A DNA stretch of 61,872 nt, the filler included, from Choristocarpus tenellus KU-1152 (lineage: Eukaryota; Protista; Phaeophyceae): NCBI GenBank assembly GCA_964200185.2. It is 9 parts of 9 records of this genome, joined end to end, with 100 filler letters (N's around TTAATTAATTAA, not from the genome) between each part and the next. Parts side by side here need not be neighbours in the genome. Positions count along the whole stretch, not along the records: positions 1 to 21,560 come from CAXNAD020000334.1; 8 more parts are not named here. One strand, written 5' to 3'. This document shows positions 1 through 12,300 of the stretch, piece by piece. The stretch's first letter is position 1. The number at the start of each line of letters is the position of its first letter. A program made the position numbers and the translations under genes. The notes below the pieces were generated by a model. It did not search any database, was not told where the DNA came from, and worked only from the letters and a program-made list of their open reading frames with translations.

Positions 1-699
1 CTGGCTCACCACTTTTTTGGGGGGGGGGGGGGCGATGATGAAACTCCCTGTGCATTGCCTCGATCCAAGAACCTGACGCAGGAGAGGGCAGTCGGCATTA
101 AAAAAAATTGAACGGTTCAATTAAAAAAATATATATATATATATATTTTTGCGTGCATTTTTTTTTTTTTTTGTACATGCGTTTGCTTCGATTCCTTTAG
201 CCGAAACGCATGATATGGTCGTACAATGTATAGCGTTTTTTAATTATTTTTCAGATTTTATGTTTCTGTGTATTACTATTCTTAATTATTTTCAATGAAT
301 TTTCCGATTTGCGTCTCTCTCTCTTCGCCTATGGTGTGGTCTACGGTTCAGACATTACAACCAGCACTATCTGTAAACTGCTCAGGTGGTGCACATTGTT
401 GTCTAAGAGATGATTGGTTATGCTATTTTTTTTGCTATTTTTTATGATTGACGCGTCATATGGACAGTATGAAAGATCCCTTTAAAAATAACAAGAAAAT
501 AAATGCAATTTTTTTGTTTCTTGTTCTACGATATTAAGTAAGTCGACCGTTTTGACTGGCCTTCCATTTGGTTAGGAACTCCTTATTGAAAAACAAATAG
601 AAGAAAGTCTTGGAGTCCGGATTCAGATCGAGCTTGTCAAGATACAGATGTCATTTCTTTTTTTGTTCTCAAGTACTGGCGAAGAGAACGGAAAAGGCC

Positions 700-1080
700 T
701 TCAACTCTTGTTGAGGTATCGAGGTATCCGGAAGGTCATCTCATTACCGGTAGCCTTTTGATGTGGGGGAAGTAGATCACCCAATCTGGCATTCAGAAAG
801 GGTTTCGAAGAGATTAATCTGAATCTAAGATGCGTTTTTTCTTGCAGGTCCTCAGTAAAATTCTTGTTTTCCATGTAATGAGGTTCAAACAAAGCCCTTC
901 ATTCACTCTTCTGAACGCCTTTGTGTTGCTCGGTAGTGACCTGTGGTCAGACCATTTGGCGCTCTGGAGCTCGAGGGTGGGCTATACTGAACAGTATAAT
1001 ATTGTTGATCACTTGTTGATGTATCTTTTCCTGGACAAGGGTGAGGTCATGAACTGACATCAATTCAGGTTGCTGTCAGT
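700..1080 (-). pseudogene. Possible decayed LINE endonuclease/linker fragment
   Basis: The minus strand reads KWSDHRSL followed by MENKNFTEDLQEK, resembling the SDH motif that ends APE endonucleases and the following linker. The frames are broken and the signal is weak. Confidence 0.2.
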
Positions 1081-1207
1081 CATCTCCGGTTGATTCCTAT
1101 CACCAATAACAACTAACAACTACCACCGTGACGTCACTTTCGATACAATTTTGGAACATCACATTTATTTTCATACTTGTTCCAGAATATCTCAATTTCT
1201 TAAAATC

Positions 1208-1273
1208 TGTTGTTGTTGTTGTTATTATTATTATTGTTATTATTATTGTTGTTATTATTGTTGTTGTTGTTGT
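1208..1273. repeat. (GTT/ATT)n microsatellite
   Basis: Directly visible mixed trinucleotide run. Confidence 0.9.
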
Positions 1274-1622
1274 GAAGACTGACTGGAGTTGGTGTCCTCT
1301 CGTCGGTCCTCTCTTTCACGTTCCTGTTCCCCCAAGAGAGCAAGAGTTCGTCTAAGGATTATTGCCCCGCTCTCTGGTGGGATAACCTCTGTGCCGTCTT
1401 TACCGGCACCATGGTACATTTTTATACTGTGCCTGTCATCGGGTTATGGAAGGACTAGTAGTGTGTGTTCAATTTTGATCCTACTGTTAGTGTCGTGTGT
1501 TTGATTTCAGACTATCATTAGTGTGTGTCCGCTGCTTCCCCTTTAAAATATATATATATATATATATTGTTGTGCCCAAATATATATATATATATATTGT
1601 TGTGCCCAACATCCCTTCGAAG

Positions 1623-4600
1623 GTCGAACGTCATGTGACCAGAGCGAATGCCCTGGGGGGTGACGCCATCCTTATACTAGGAGACCTCATTGATGACCAC
1701 GTGGAAGACATCTCTTCCCTGGTGGAGCCTATTGCCAACTTGACTGCTCCCGACGGAGTTTACTTTGTAAATGGTAGGTGGTGTGACATTCATTACTTTT
1801 TTTTCCCCTCTTGTGATGAGAGGGTGACTCTTGGATCATAATCCCTTGAAAGCTGTCTCTCCCCCCTCTCCTACCCCTCTTCCCCTCCCTTCTGACCAGA
1901 CCTCGAGTGGTTGCCTCTCCGTGCTGCATTTAGTGCATTTAGTTGTAATTTTTTTCTTTTTATAATTATTATTGTAGTTTGGACAAGGGTTAGGGTTAGT
2001 GATTGGAGGGGTGCACAGATTGTCGTAGAGGATACAGATGTTAGATTTGTGCATACTCAAACTTTTGAAGTGGGATATATTGGAGGTTTTGAGAAAGGAT
2101 AGGTACTGTTAGGTGTGTTCTGGGGGTATACATCAGACAACATATTTTAAACAAAAAATGGTTGTGTACTCAGAATTGAGCAATCATATTTTGACAGTTA
2201 ATTTCTTGAGATAAGCATCCTCTCGGTATATATTCTTATTATTTTTTGTTTGTGTTTTTTGTTTTCACTTTGAAGAATTTTTTTTTTAAAGAGGCGTTTT
2301 TATTTTCTATTGATGAATGCATATTGCATGTAACTGCAAAAATAATACCTTACTTGCCTGAGGCAGGTGGTTCAATTGCCAGGGGGGTAGTGAGAACAAA
2401 CACCTGTGTGAATGGGAAACAGAGAAGTGACACAGTGGACGTCTGTGAGTGTTTTGTAGACTTTGGACGAGGGCCCTGTTAGTCTGGTGAGCACCTCAAT
2501 AGAATAAGAACAAAATGCACTATGTCTACGCGAGTGAAAAACGCCTGGTTGTTTTTCACACAAGGATCAGTTCCCGTACGGACCTGTCCCCAATAAACAC
2601 GATTTTCAGAAGTAGAAGAAAAAAATAGTGCATAGTATGTTTTCTAATAGTTGAATTAATGCGCGCCGCTTTTGTTTTATTATGATCGATAATAATAGCA
2701 ATAATAAACAGTAGTTTGAGTTCTAGATTCGCAGTTTTTTTTTTTTTTTTAATTGAAAAAAAAAGAAGATGAGATCAGGATTGCACGCAGAAAATGTCTT
2801 ATTAGGGTTAGGGTTAGGACTGAGGGCAATTTTACCCGCCAGGTGGAAGTCAGTCATTGTGGGTGTATGTGGGTGGAACGTTTTTTTAGTGCTGATGATG
2901 TATCATTGTAGAGGCGTTTTGATTGTGGATGTATGAACAATGGCAGCATTGGTGGTTTGCTGCATTGATATTGTATTGGGAAACAAACAACACACACACA
3001 TGTAATCAACATACACTTTTTATTATTTATTGCAAGGGGAACAAGTATGTAGTGTGATGTAGAGTAAGGGGAACAAGTATGTAGTATGAATATACTTTAT
3101 GTCGTATGATAATACTTTATGTATGTAATAATACTTTATGTAGTGTGATAGTACTTTATGTATGTAATAATACTTTATGTAGTATGATAATACTTTATGT
3201 AGTGTGATAGTACTTTATGTAGTGTGATAATACTTTGCGTATGTAATAATACTTTATGTAGTGGGATAATACTTTATGTGGTATGATAATACTTCATGCA
3301 GTGTAATAATATTTTATGTAGTGTGATAGTACTTTATGTATGTAATAATACTTTATGTAGTATGATAATACTTTCTGCAGTATGATAATACTTTATGTAG
3401 TGTGATAATACTTTATGTGGTATGATAATACTTTCTGCAGTATGATAATACTTTGTGTAGTATGATAATACTTTACGTAGTGTGATAATACTTTATGTAG
3501 TGTGATAATACTTTATGTAGTATGATAATACTTTATGTAGTGTGATAATACTTTATGTGATAATATCTCAGTTGGTGCACGGAGAGGTCACCACCCAACT
3601 GACAGAGGTGGTATGTGTGTGACCGTTTTGAGACGGGTATGTCGTTTCTTGTTGGGTAAGGAAATGTGTAAGGTTTTTCTAAAAACCTAAACACACACAC
3701 ATATATATATATTTTATTTTTCTTAAATGCAAAAAATTGCATTTGATACTTTTGCGTAAATTAAACGCTTACGTCTTTTAATGCATTTTTATTATTATTA
3801 TTATTATTATTGTGGAAAGCAGGTCTGTCCGTTGTTATACCGTTATTGCCATACGCCATATACCGTTACACCGATTGAGGTTGTGTTCTTAGAACTTGAT
3901 TCGACGATGTGGAGGATATTCGAAGTGATTGATTTCAGTGTCTTCCTCTAATGTCTCTTTATGAGTACGTTTTTCCGAAGGTAGATATCCTATCTCTGAA
4001 GGCTTTCTTTTCCAAGACCCATCCAAATCATGATCTTCCCCACTTCCTCAGTTCCCCACTTTTTCCTGCAGGTCTTTTCAGTCTTATACTTGTACAACCT
4101 TAACCTCGTCCTCTCGATTACAGTTCATCCTTGTTCGTTTGGTCCGTCTTGCTCGGTGATTCTCTTCACCACCCTTACCTGAATGAACCACAAACCCCAC
4201 AGAATCACACGATTCATACGATTTTTATTTTTATTTTTAATGTTGGCGAAGGGTTAAACAGGCTAACAGCCAATTATGTTTTTTTGTAATGATTAGAGCA
4301 TCCACAGGTGCACGCCCAACTGGGCACTGCCTACACCATGCTAACAGAACATATGGTGCAGTTTAGGGTTAGGCTCGTCGATATGTTGATACTCTATGCA
4401 GATGGGGAGAGGGGAAAGGGAGTTGCTAAGGCAGGTTATTGTGAGGGTGTTGTTTAGCAGGGAACGTCGCATGCTACTGTTCCTTGAAATTTTATTAATA
4501 TTATTACTGCTGTAGTGGTAACAATAATATGCATGTTTACAGTTCTTGTGGGTTGTGCAGGCGATTGAGATAATAATAATAACAGTAACAATAATGATAT

Positions 4601-7600
4601 CACTTCACTTAACTTGAGTGCACTGTGGGGGTAGTCCAGGTCATGGCATTGCTGCTTGGTGACAACCCTGTGACACAACAAACATATCTAAATATAACGC
4701 CTTGCTAATTCTGTAAAACCATTACTGCTCACTCACCCAACTGCCTATGCTGCTCCTCTTCTCTCTTCAATTTTTTTTCTGGTGTGGGAAAACCTTTGCA
4801 GGAAACCATGAGCACTACTACCGCCCTTCGGAGTGGGAAACCTATCTGACTGGAGTTAACATTACTGTCCTCAATGTATGTTCATGTATGTGGTGATACC
4901 ATACGGGTAGCCCGCCTGCCCGCCCACCCCATTCATCATATTATTGGTTGTGATAATAAGAAAAATATATATACTTTCACCTTTTGACTTTTTTGTCTTA
5001 ATGCTCAATATGATGACATTTCTATGTAAACATTAGATTAAACATATTTTTGTTTTTTCTCTATGGTAAAAAGAATGGAACTTTTTTTTTTTGTAATTGC
5101 CTTGAGTTGGATTTTTTTATTTTTTTATGGTTTTGTTTTTGCACTATTGTATACTAAAATACTCGCACAGTGGCACTTCCTCCTAAGGGACATATTTCAA
5201 CACTATCTCCTAACCCTAACCCTAGCTCAAAGGATGATACCGTAATGCCTCGTTCCTCTTCCTCTATGACTGGGGGAATCAACGCACACGTTGTATGGTG
5301 TGTAATTAAAAAAAGAAAAATAAATTGGTCCAGAATATTTCTTTCTCGTGAGCTGTTGCGTAAGTGGCGGTTGGATATATATATTTTTTTAATTGTACCT
5401 CCTTGCCACGTGTGACTCTTTAGGGTTAGAGGGACTTCAAGATATATCTGTATGTAGTACAGACAATGTGCTATTTATAACCGTATAGAGAGGTTTATGG
5501 ATTAGTACAACAGGTTAGTTAAAAGTATGTTACACAGCGGAAGGCACCAACAAGGTTCCTCGGGAGTTTCTATATTGATGGTTGGCTAAGTTAGAGAGGC
5601 GGATACTCTCTCGGGGTGCCTCTTGTTGCGGCTTGCAGAACGATCGGGTGACGTTGCCTTCTGGTGTGGAGGGAGCTTGTTCATTCACTCTGTCTGGAGT
5701 GGATGACTTCGATGGAGATCCAGATTATAAGGAGGCGTTGGGAGGGAGAGATGAAGACAAGGCCACCGTGCTCATGGCACACCAGCCATTACAGGTGGAG
5801 AGCTCTGGACTCTTGTGATGTTACTCTCTTGCCAGTCAAATGGTCTGACAGTGTGTGCATTCTCAGTGCCTTAAAAAAATATAGGGTTTCGATTTTAAAG
5901 GTTGGCGATACAATATGATCAATGAAAAAAAAAAAAAGACCAAGAGTATGACACGAAATTGCTACGTACCGTTTGGTGGTGAATTCGCAGCGCCATGTAC
6001 CACTCTGCCCACTTACAGTTGGCAAGATGTTGGAAAAGCAGGAAATTTATGGACTGAAGAAAGTGAGCCGTCATCTTCTGTAAAAATGTTTTTATTTTCA
6101 ATTCCAACACCGGCATGCTTGTTTTTGTTTTTATTATTTGATTTTCATCTTTAGAGGGTGAGGGTGAGAGGTACCAGATTTTGACTTAGTGCCCTGGCTC
6201 TTTGTTCATTGGCAGGCGTGTGCTTTATCGAGCGTATGTCTATAGGTTTAGGGTAAGGGCAGGACTTGGTAGATCTGAGGGGTTTTTATCGTTTCTTTTT
6301 TGGTGGTGTGCCTTTTTTCAAAAAACATTTTGGGCAGAACATGCTGTGAATTTGTATTTTTTGAGCAAATCGGACGTTTGGTGCATGTATTGACATGTAT
6401 TAACACCAAAGACGTGCTGCATGAGAGGATGCTGTTCAGGCTAATGAAATGTGAGTACTTGTTGGGTGCTGCATGGTATTTAGAGCTTTTATTTTGAGTA
6501 TTTCCAGAGCTAACCCTGATTTTTGGGGGGGGTTTCTTGTGACTTGAAAAAAAAAACTCTAGTTTGCAGCGATGCTTCTTTTTTAGTGGGTGGTAGTGAG
6601 TTTGGTCTTTCTTTGCCATGGGATCTTTTGGAAGCACCCATCATACCTAATATTGTGTGTGTGTGTGATACTTGATATAATGATGAATGTGCCTGATTGG
6701 GACACCTGGGAATGAATGCTATTCACTGGTGCAGGTGTCTGAGGCTGCCGACTACGGTGTTGGTCTACAGCTGGCAGGACACACACATGGAGGACAAGTC
6801 TTCCCTTACCATATGCTTGTTTACTTAGACCAGGTGAGAGAGAGTCCGTTCTGAACCCGAGGGGGGGGAGGGGGACTTTGGAAGTGCGTATAAATCTTCT
6901 CCTTCTCAATTACTGTGACTCAATTTCACTGGTCATATGTTAACCTTGATTTCTGTATTTGAGAGATGAGAATTGCAGTCGCTTGGAGTTGCCATTTTAA
7001 GACCATTTTGTATCTTGGGTGTTTTATTACTTATTAGGGTATACCTTGTGTGGTAGATGCGCAATTAAGACAATAGGAGTGGGGGTGTTTGCTTTCTGAT
7101 GTCGATCTGACTCTAACATTTTACCGCTCTAGTCTGACCTGACTGTAACTGTTTCATTAATGATGTTGGGTGCATTTCCTGGCCTCAAGTTCTTGTTTGT
7201 GTTTTGAGGAAGGAGAATGTTGTTTCTTTGCTGTGGATTCAAGGATTGCTCAATAGCTATTGGTCCCTTGGAAATACACGATGTGCTCGTTTGCAATATT
7301 CATGTGGTATTGGTGTGTATCACCTGTTTGTACTTGTATCAAAAAGCACTCCTGTATTCACTTATAATCCCCACCCCACCCCACCCCACCCCCCTTCATA
7401 GTTGTAGTGGATATTAGTTACCTCCAGAGTGGCAATAAACTTCACCCATTGATATCCCGAATATTTAGATGCTACTGTGTGTGCTAAGTACACAAACCCC
7501 TTTTGTGTTAATAGGGCTACATCTCAGGATTGTACAAGAAGGACAACACCCTCCTGTACATCACTGAGGGGACTGTGGGTTGGGGTCCTAGAATGAGGCT

Positions 7601-8577
7601 CCTCTCTCAAACAGAATATACCCTTGTGGTCCTCAGATCCCCAGAGGTGAAGTGTGTGCAAAATTCAATGGGCTTGGCGCAGTGAGTCCTCTTGAGATTA
7701 TTATGCCCATGTAAATGCCAGACCTATGAAAATAGTATTGCCTGTTGGTTGGTACAGTTCCTATGTACTGGTTGGGGGATATTTAGATATGGGCCATGAT
7801 TGAACCCTTTCTGGTCAAGGCCAGATTCTATTTTCATTTTTTATTGCTGTCTGTTCTGTTTATGCATCATGTGAGTTGATAGCATTGCATTCAAGATTGA
7901 AATCGTTGTGGATTACTTGTGTTAGGGGTGCACTGCAACTTCGAGGCACATCTCTCAGTGTCAATGCAATACACTCACGAGAACTGTTTTTTACACCAAC
8001 TAAATATTGGAGGAGTGTACTGCATTGACACTAAGAGTTGAAACCTCGAAGTCGCAGTACACCCCTAACTCTACATATGGTTTGATTTTAGTATTCGAAC
8101 AACCTTTTAATAGCATATATATTCCAGAAATGAGGTTGGTTGCTTCCGTGCTCAACGACAGGAGGCTGGGCATCGGTCCATCAGCACCATATCGATGAGT
8201 TGAACCTGACCCTGGCAGCACAGAAAAGCCCTTTCTCCTTAACCAGCCTCCTTGTTTTCTACCTTGATGCTCTTGTTCCCGACAACATGATGCCCGCACA
8301 GGCAATGGCAACTACCGATTCATTTGGTACTACCTCGGGTCCTGCACATGCTGCCGTAGCTGCATTTGTGCTTTCGCTGATCAGTGCCATCTACTGCTTC
8401 TGTTATCCGTTAGCAAAAACAGCATGTCAAATAGGTTCCAAAAGTACGATTGACAGCTCGACTATTCAATTGCAACAAGACTCACCAAGTCGCCTCGGTA
8501 ATGAGTACACCGGGCGAGAAGGCATGGCAGTTGTAACAGAAACGGAAATGATTCCTCGGCGGGATCTCAGTGTCTGA
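1623..8577 (+). CDS. Calcineurin-like metallophosphoesterase (YkuE/TMPPE-like), 5'-partial. Exons 1623-1773, 4802-4875, 5639-5794, 6735-6833, 7515-7646, 8302-8577
   Basis: Six GT-AG exons join in consistent phase. They give the metal-binding motifs in order: GDLIDD, NG|[17 protein letters not shown], then G-x-G-W-G-P-R-M-R. The last exon adds a hydrophobic stretch ([21 protein letters not shown]) before the stop. The first DxH motif exon was not found in the window. Confidence 0.92.
3093..3562. repeat. Intronic minisatellite, 19-20 bp unit TACTTTATGTAGTGTGATAA, about 24 copies
   Basis: Head-to-tail units with point variants and no spacers, inside intron 1774-4801. Confidence 0.97.
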
Positions 8578-9354
8578 TCACTTGGACTTGATATTGGGCC
8601 ATTTTGGTTGACTTAATCTGTTATGCGCAAAGTTTTACGTCGCTGAGATATATGAGAGGTGTAGCAAATGTTCAACAACGAGTCAATCCTATTAGTTGGA
8701 GGTAGCATTAGAGCCTTTTTATTGGTGTGCATGTTGCTGTTGATATGATTGTCGATGTACCTCTCGCCCTTGATTCTAGTGTAACAATCAATTACGGTAT
8801 CGGATTCGACCTATGATGATGATCATTTTGTTTTGTCTTTTGAAAAAAAATTGCTCTATTCTGTTAGTTTAGTTGCGAATGAAGTGCAGGAGGTTGAAAG
8901 GGTTTGTGCAGCACCACGTGAGGGTGACATTTGTTTTCATCCTTGGCTCCACCAATCAAGTCACACTTACGTCTGTTTCGAGTCGAATCTCTGTTGTGAG
9001 GGTAACCAACTACAGGTATCTTCAGGTAGGTGCTGGTTATTGTGTATCTACTTGACCAAGTGTTTTCTTGCGTGGTTGTAACGAATGATAGATGACACTC
9101 CTCCCTCTCGACGGAGTGGAGAAGCTTTACTTGACCTGAGGAGATGGTTCCTCCATTTCCTTTTTGAGGAATACAGATTGTAACTTTTTTTTGTTGATGG
9201 GTATGATGTAGTAATGGTTTTGTATAATGAGTTTTTTTAATGCTCGTTCTTGTAATAATCTGAATCTCGCTAGAGTCGCTCAAGCAAAGTAAGCCATCTT
9301 TTCAACTGCAGCAGGAGAAGTGATGATGTGGCTCTCGATGCCGTCCTAAAATGT

Positions 9355-12300
9355 TTACCCCACTTGTACCACACTGTGATTGCTGGTGACATTAGCCTCC
9401 CTGTACAGACTCCTGGAGGCATTCTGCTGCTGTGTTTGTTTTCGTCGCTGAAGGTCCTCCTCCATTCGCTCCATGAAAGTCATGCCTTGCAACAAAACGA
9501 TGATAGGACCTCTGGTAAGAGTGCCAGTCAGTAAACAGACTACTATAGCAATGGTCCTTACTTGATTTTGTCTGGGAAAGGGTTCTGACCAATTTCACCT
9601 CACTGTATCATGGAGAATATCTTCTGGTCTATTGTCGCAGATGATGATTGATAGTAGTCTTCGATGAAAAAATATATTCTGGGGTGATTGCAGTTTCCTG
9701 AGTTTGCGAGATGTTGAGGGAACACAAAATGGCTGTTGATTGCATACTATGCAGGGAATGGAACTGTTTTCTTTTTCCTACTGGGACAAAGAAAAGTATG
9801 ACCATTGTGCCGACCCCAAACCTCTCTTCTTCTCTTTGATCATCCCACAGGATATCACAGGAAAAATAGTGAACAGAGGAGCCAGCCTTAGTGTTTTAAC
9901 AGCCATTGGCTGCTGTGTTGATTGGTCTATCAATAGGAGAGCTGGCTAATGGTGTGTTCGGTGGACAGTACATTAATGCAATATCTCCAATTTCTAGAGC
10001 TCTTCTCATGGGTTGTGACATGAATGAGGTGTACCTGCCCATTGTCCATCGTCGAGTGACCCCTCCTGGTTTGTTTGATGCAGATTGGGATGAAAGGTAC
10101 AAGCTGGGTCTAACCAATGTGAACGAGACTGAAAAGTAGCCTTCCTTCGGGCAGCGTCCTCTTCTAGCCTAAAGATGGGCAGCACACATGGCAGCTGTAG
10201 TGTTATGTTGAGTTGTTGAAGGTGACTATTGTCTAACTAAATCTTGTACCTGATGCAGGACAAGTGCTGCTTGAAACTATCACTGAATTCTTTCAATCAC
10301 TTTCAAGGTTCAATACAGTGCTTGAGAGCTCAATATGTTAAACATGTGGCTGGCTATGTACCTAAGACGTGAGAAACCTCGTGTAAGGTGGGATAAATCT
10401 TGACGTACAACATGCGTCAACTCTTCTCAAGCTGTGGAAACCTCCCACTATTTGCTTGTTTTGTCTGGCCGATTGAAGTCAAGCGCGTGCCGAAATCACC
10501 TGCTCAACATAGACCTGGACGTATTGCACATTACCAAGAGGAAAATCTGATATGCCCTAAACACGTATTTTTATTGTTAATATTGAAGAGTGATCCCACA
10601 CAGTTAACATCGTAACTTTGAGAGCCTTGCTGGCAGGCAGCTTTGGTTTACCTCCCCCTCTGTGCATTGTGTGCTCAAAAGGTAATATATGAATTGTGTA
10701 TACCCTCTTCTAACGTAGTCAGTAAGATGCAGGTGCATCTCTTCTGCCATCTTTCCTGATCACATAACACGTGCAATTGTTTTCGTGGAAAGGAAGTACA
10801 TTGAAGTAGTATCAGAGTAAGAAGACCTCTGCCCTCTTTTTTTAATTCGTTAGTGCCACAAGAGTATGTCCTGGTACGTGGTTCTATTTCTTTGTTGAAG
10901 CCACACCGTCATGCTCAGTGCTTGGTAATTGCCTCCTTGAGCCTAAGCTTTAGTCCGAGGTATGACTTGTGTTTAGTACAACTTGAGATTATTATAATGA
11001 CTACTTCTGTTCAGGGTTCAGTTGCATTATTATGTGAGAGAACTACCAATGGATGTGTCGCTTAGGGCTTCGAGGTGCAAGGCGTTCATGATAGAGTCAG
11101 GAGATGGGTCACACACTGCCGCTTGTTCCGAAAAAATAAATAAAAGTGAAAAATACATCTTTTGAGAACATTTTTTATTATTTTTCACTGTTCAGTATCA
11201 CTCTTCCAAAATATACAAAATGGCAACATTTTATGTTACTGGTTGGTGGAAAAAATGCGAATGTTTGACCCAAGGTATCTGGGGGGNNNNNNNNNNTGCA
11301 ACTTTTTTCACGGAGGTGTCGGGGGGGGGGGGGGGGGTGTCTACACCAGAGGGTCCATTTAGTCCAAAACCAGGAAAAGTGCACCTTTGTTATCCATCCA
11401 ACAATGGAACCAAATCACCCAAAAATTGTGACATCAAAAAATTGACCTCAAATGGACAGCCACCACCCCCTCCTAGATACTTTGAGTCTTTTTGTCCTCC
11501 CCCCAATAGACCCTGTGGCCATGGAAAGTCCAAAGTTTTTTCGTGGGCTACTAATACTACTGTATTGTGTTCCTCCTCAACAGTGCCAACCCTATGAATG
11601 ATGAAACCTAGCGCTGAAAGGAGGGTTTGTCGCATGGTATATTGCTTGCTTGGGCTATGTGTTTGTTGACAGTGAAGTCTAGTGACAGGTTTAGGACCCC
11701 AGTTGTTCTCCTAGCAGTGGGTTTGTCATCTTGATAGAAACTGAGTAATACACACACACACAAAGTGCTCTTTGAAAAAAGTTTATCTTGGGTCCTCTGT
11801 TGTTGTATACCAACAAGAGTTTGTTGCAATGAATAGGTACAAGCTAGTAAGTGACAGGCTTATCCCAATGGATTGCTTATTTCTAGATGTCAAGATTCAC
11901 ACATATTAAGCACTTTAGTCCGAGATCGATCCTCTTCGAAGTTCCTCTTGAAAGTTATTGGTAAGGGGCATAATGCACTTCAAAAAAAGCAATTTTCCCC
12001 ATATACTTTGTATAATATACACCCTGTTCCAAAATACATCACCCCAAACGGCTTGATTTGTGCTCATTCGTTCTAAATTTGGAGCCGACATGGAAATAGT
12101 TGATATTTTGTTCAATAGTTGATTATTGCCTCTAGCCTAGAGTGCTCACAGTCATATAGATCAAAAGAGACACACGGTAACACGCCACACCACCTGGCCA
12201 TCATTCTAGATTCAGATATGTGCAAGTAAGATGTATAGTACTCCCCCTGGCCCTGGAAGTTCTTAATTGCATGGCTTGTGTGATCGTGGCAGTTTCACTT

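Noticed and set aside
3093-3562. CRISPR-like array (also 17406-17571 and 16581-16711)
   Set aside because: Units are contiguous with no unique spacers, lie in spliceosomal introns, and no cas genes are present.
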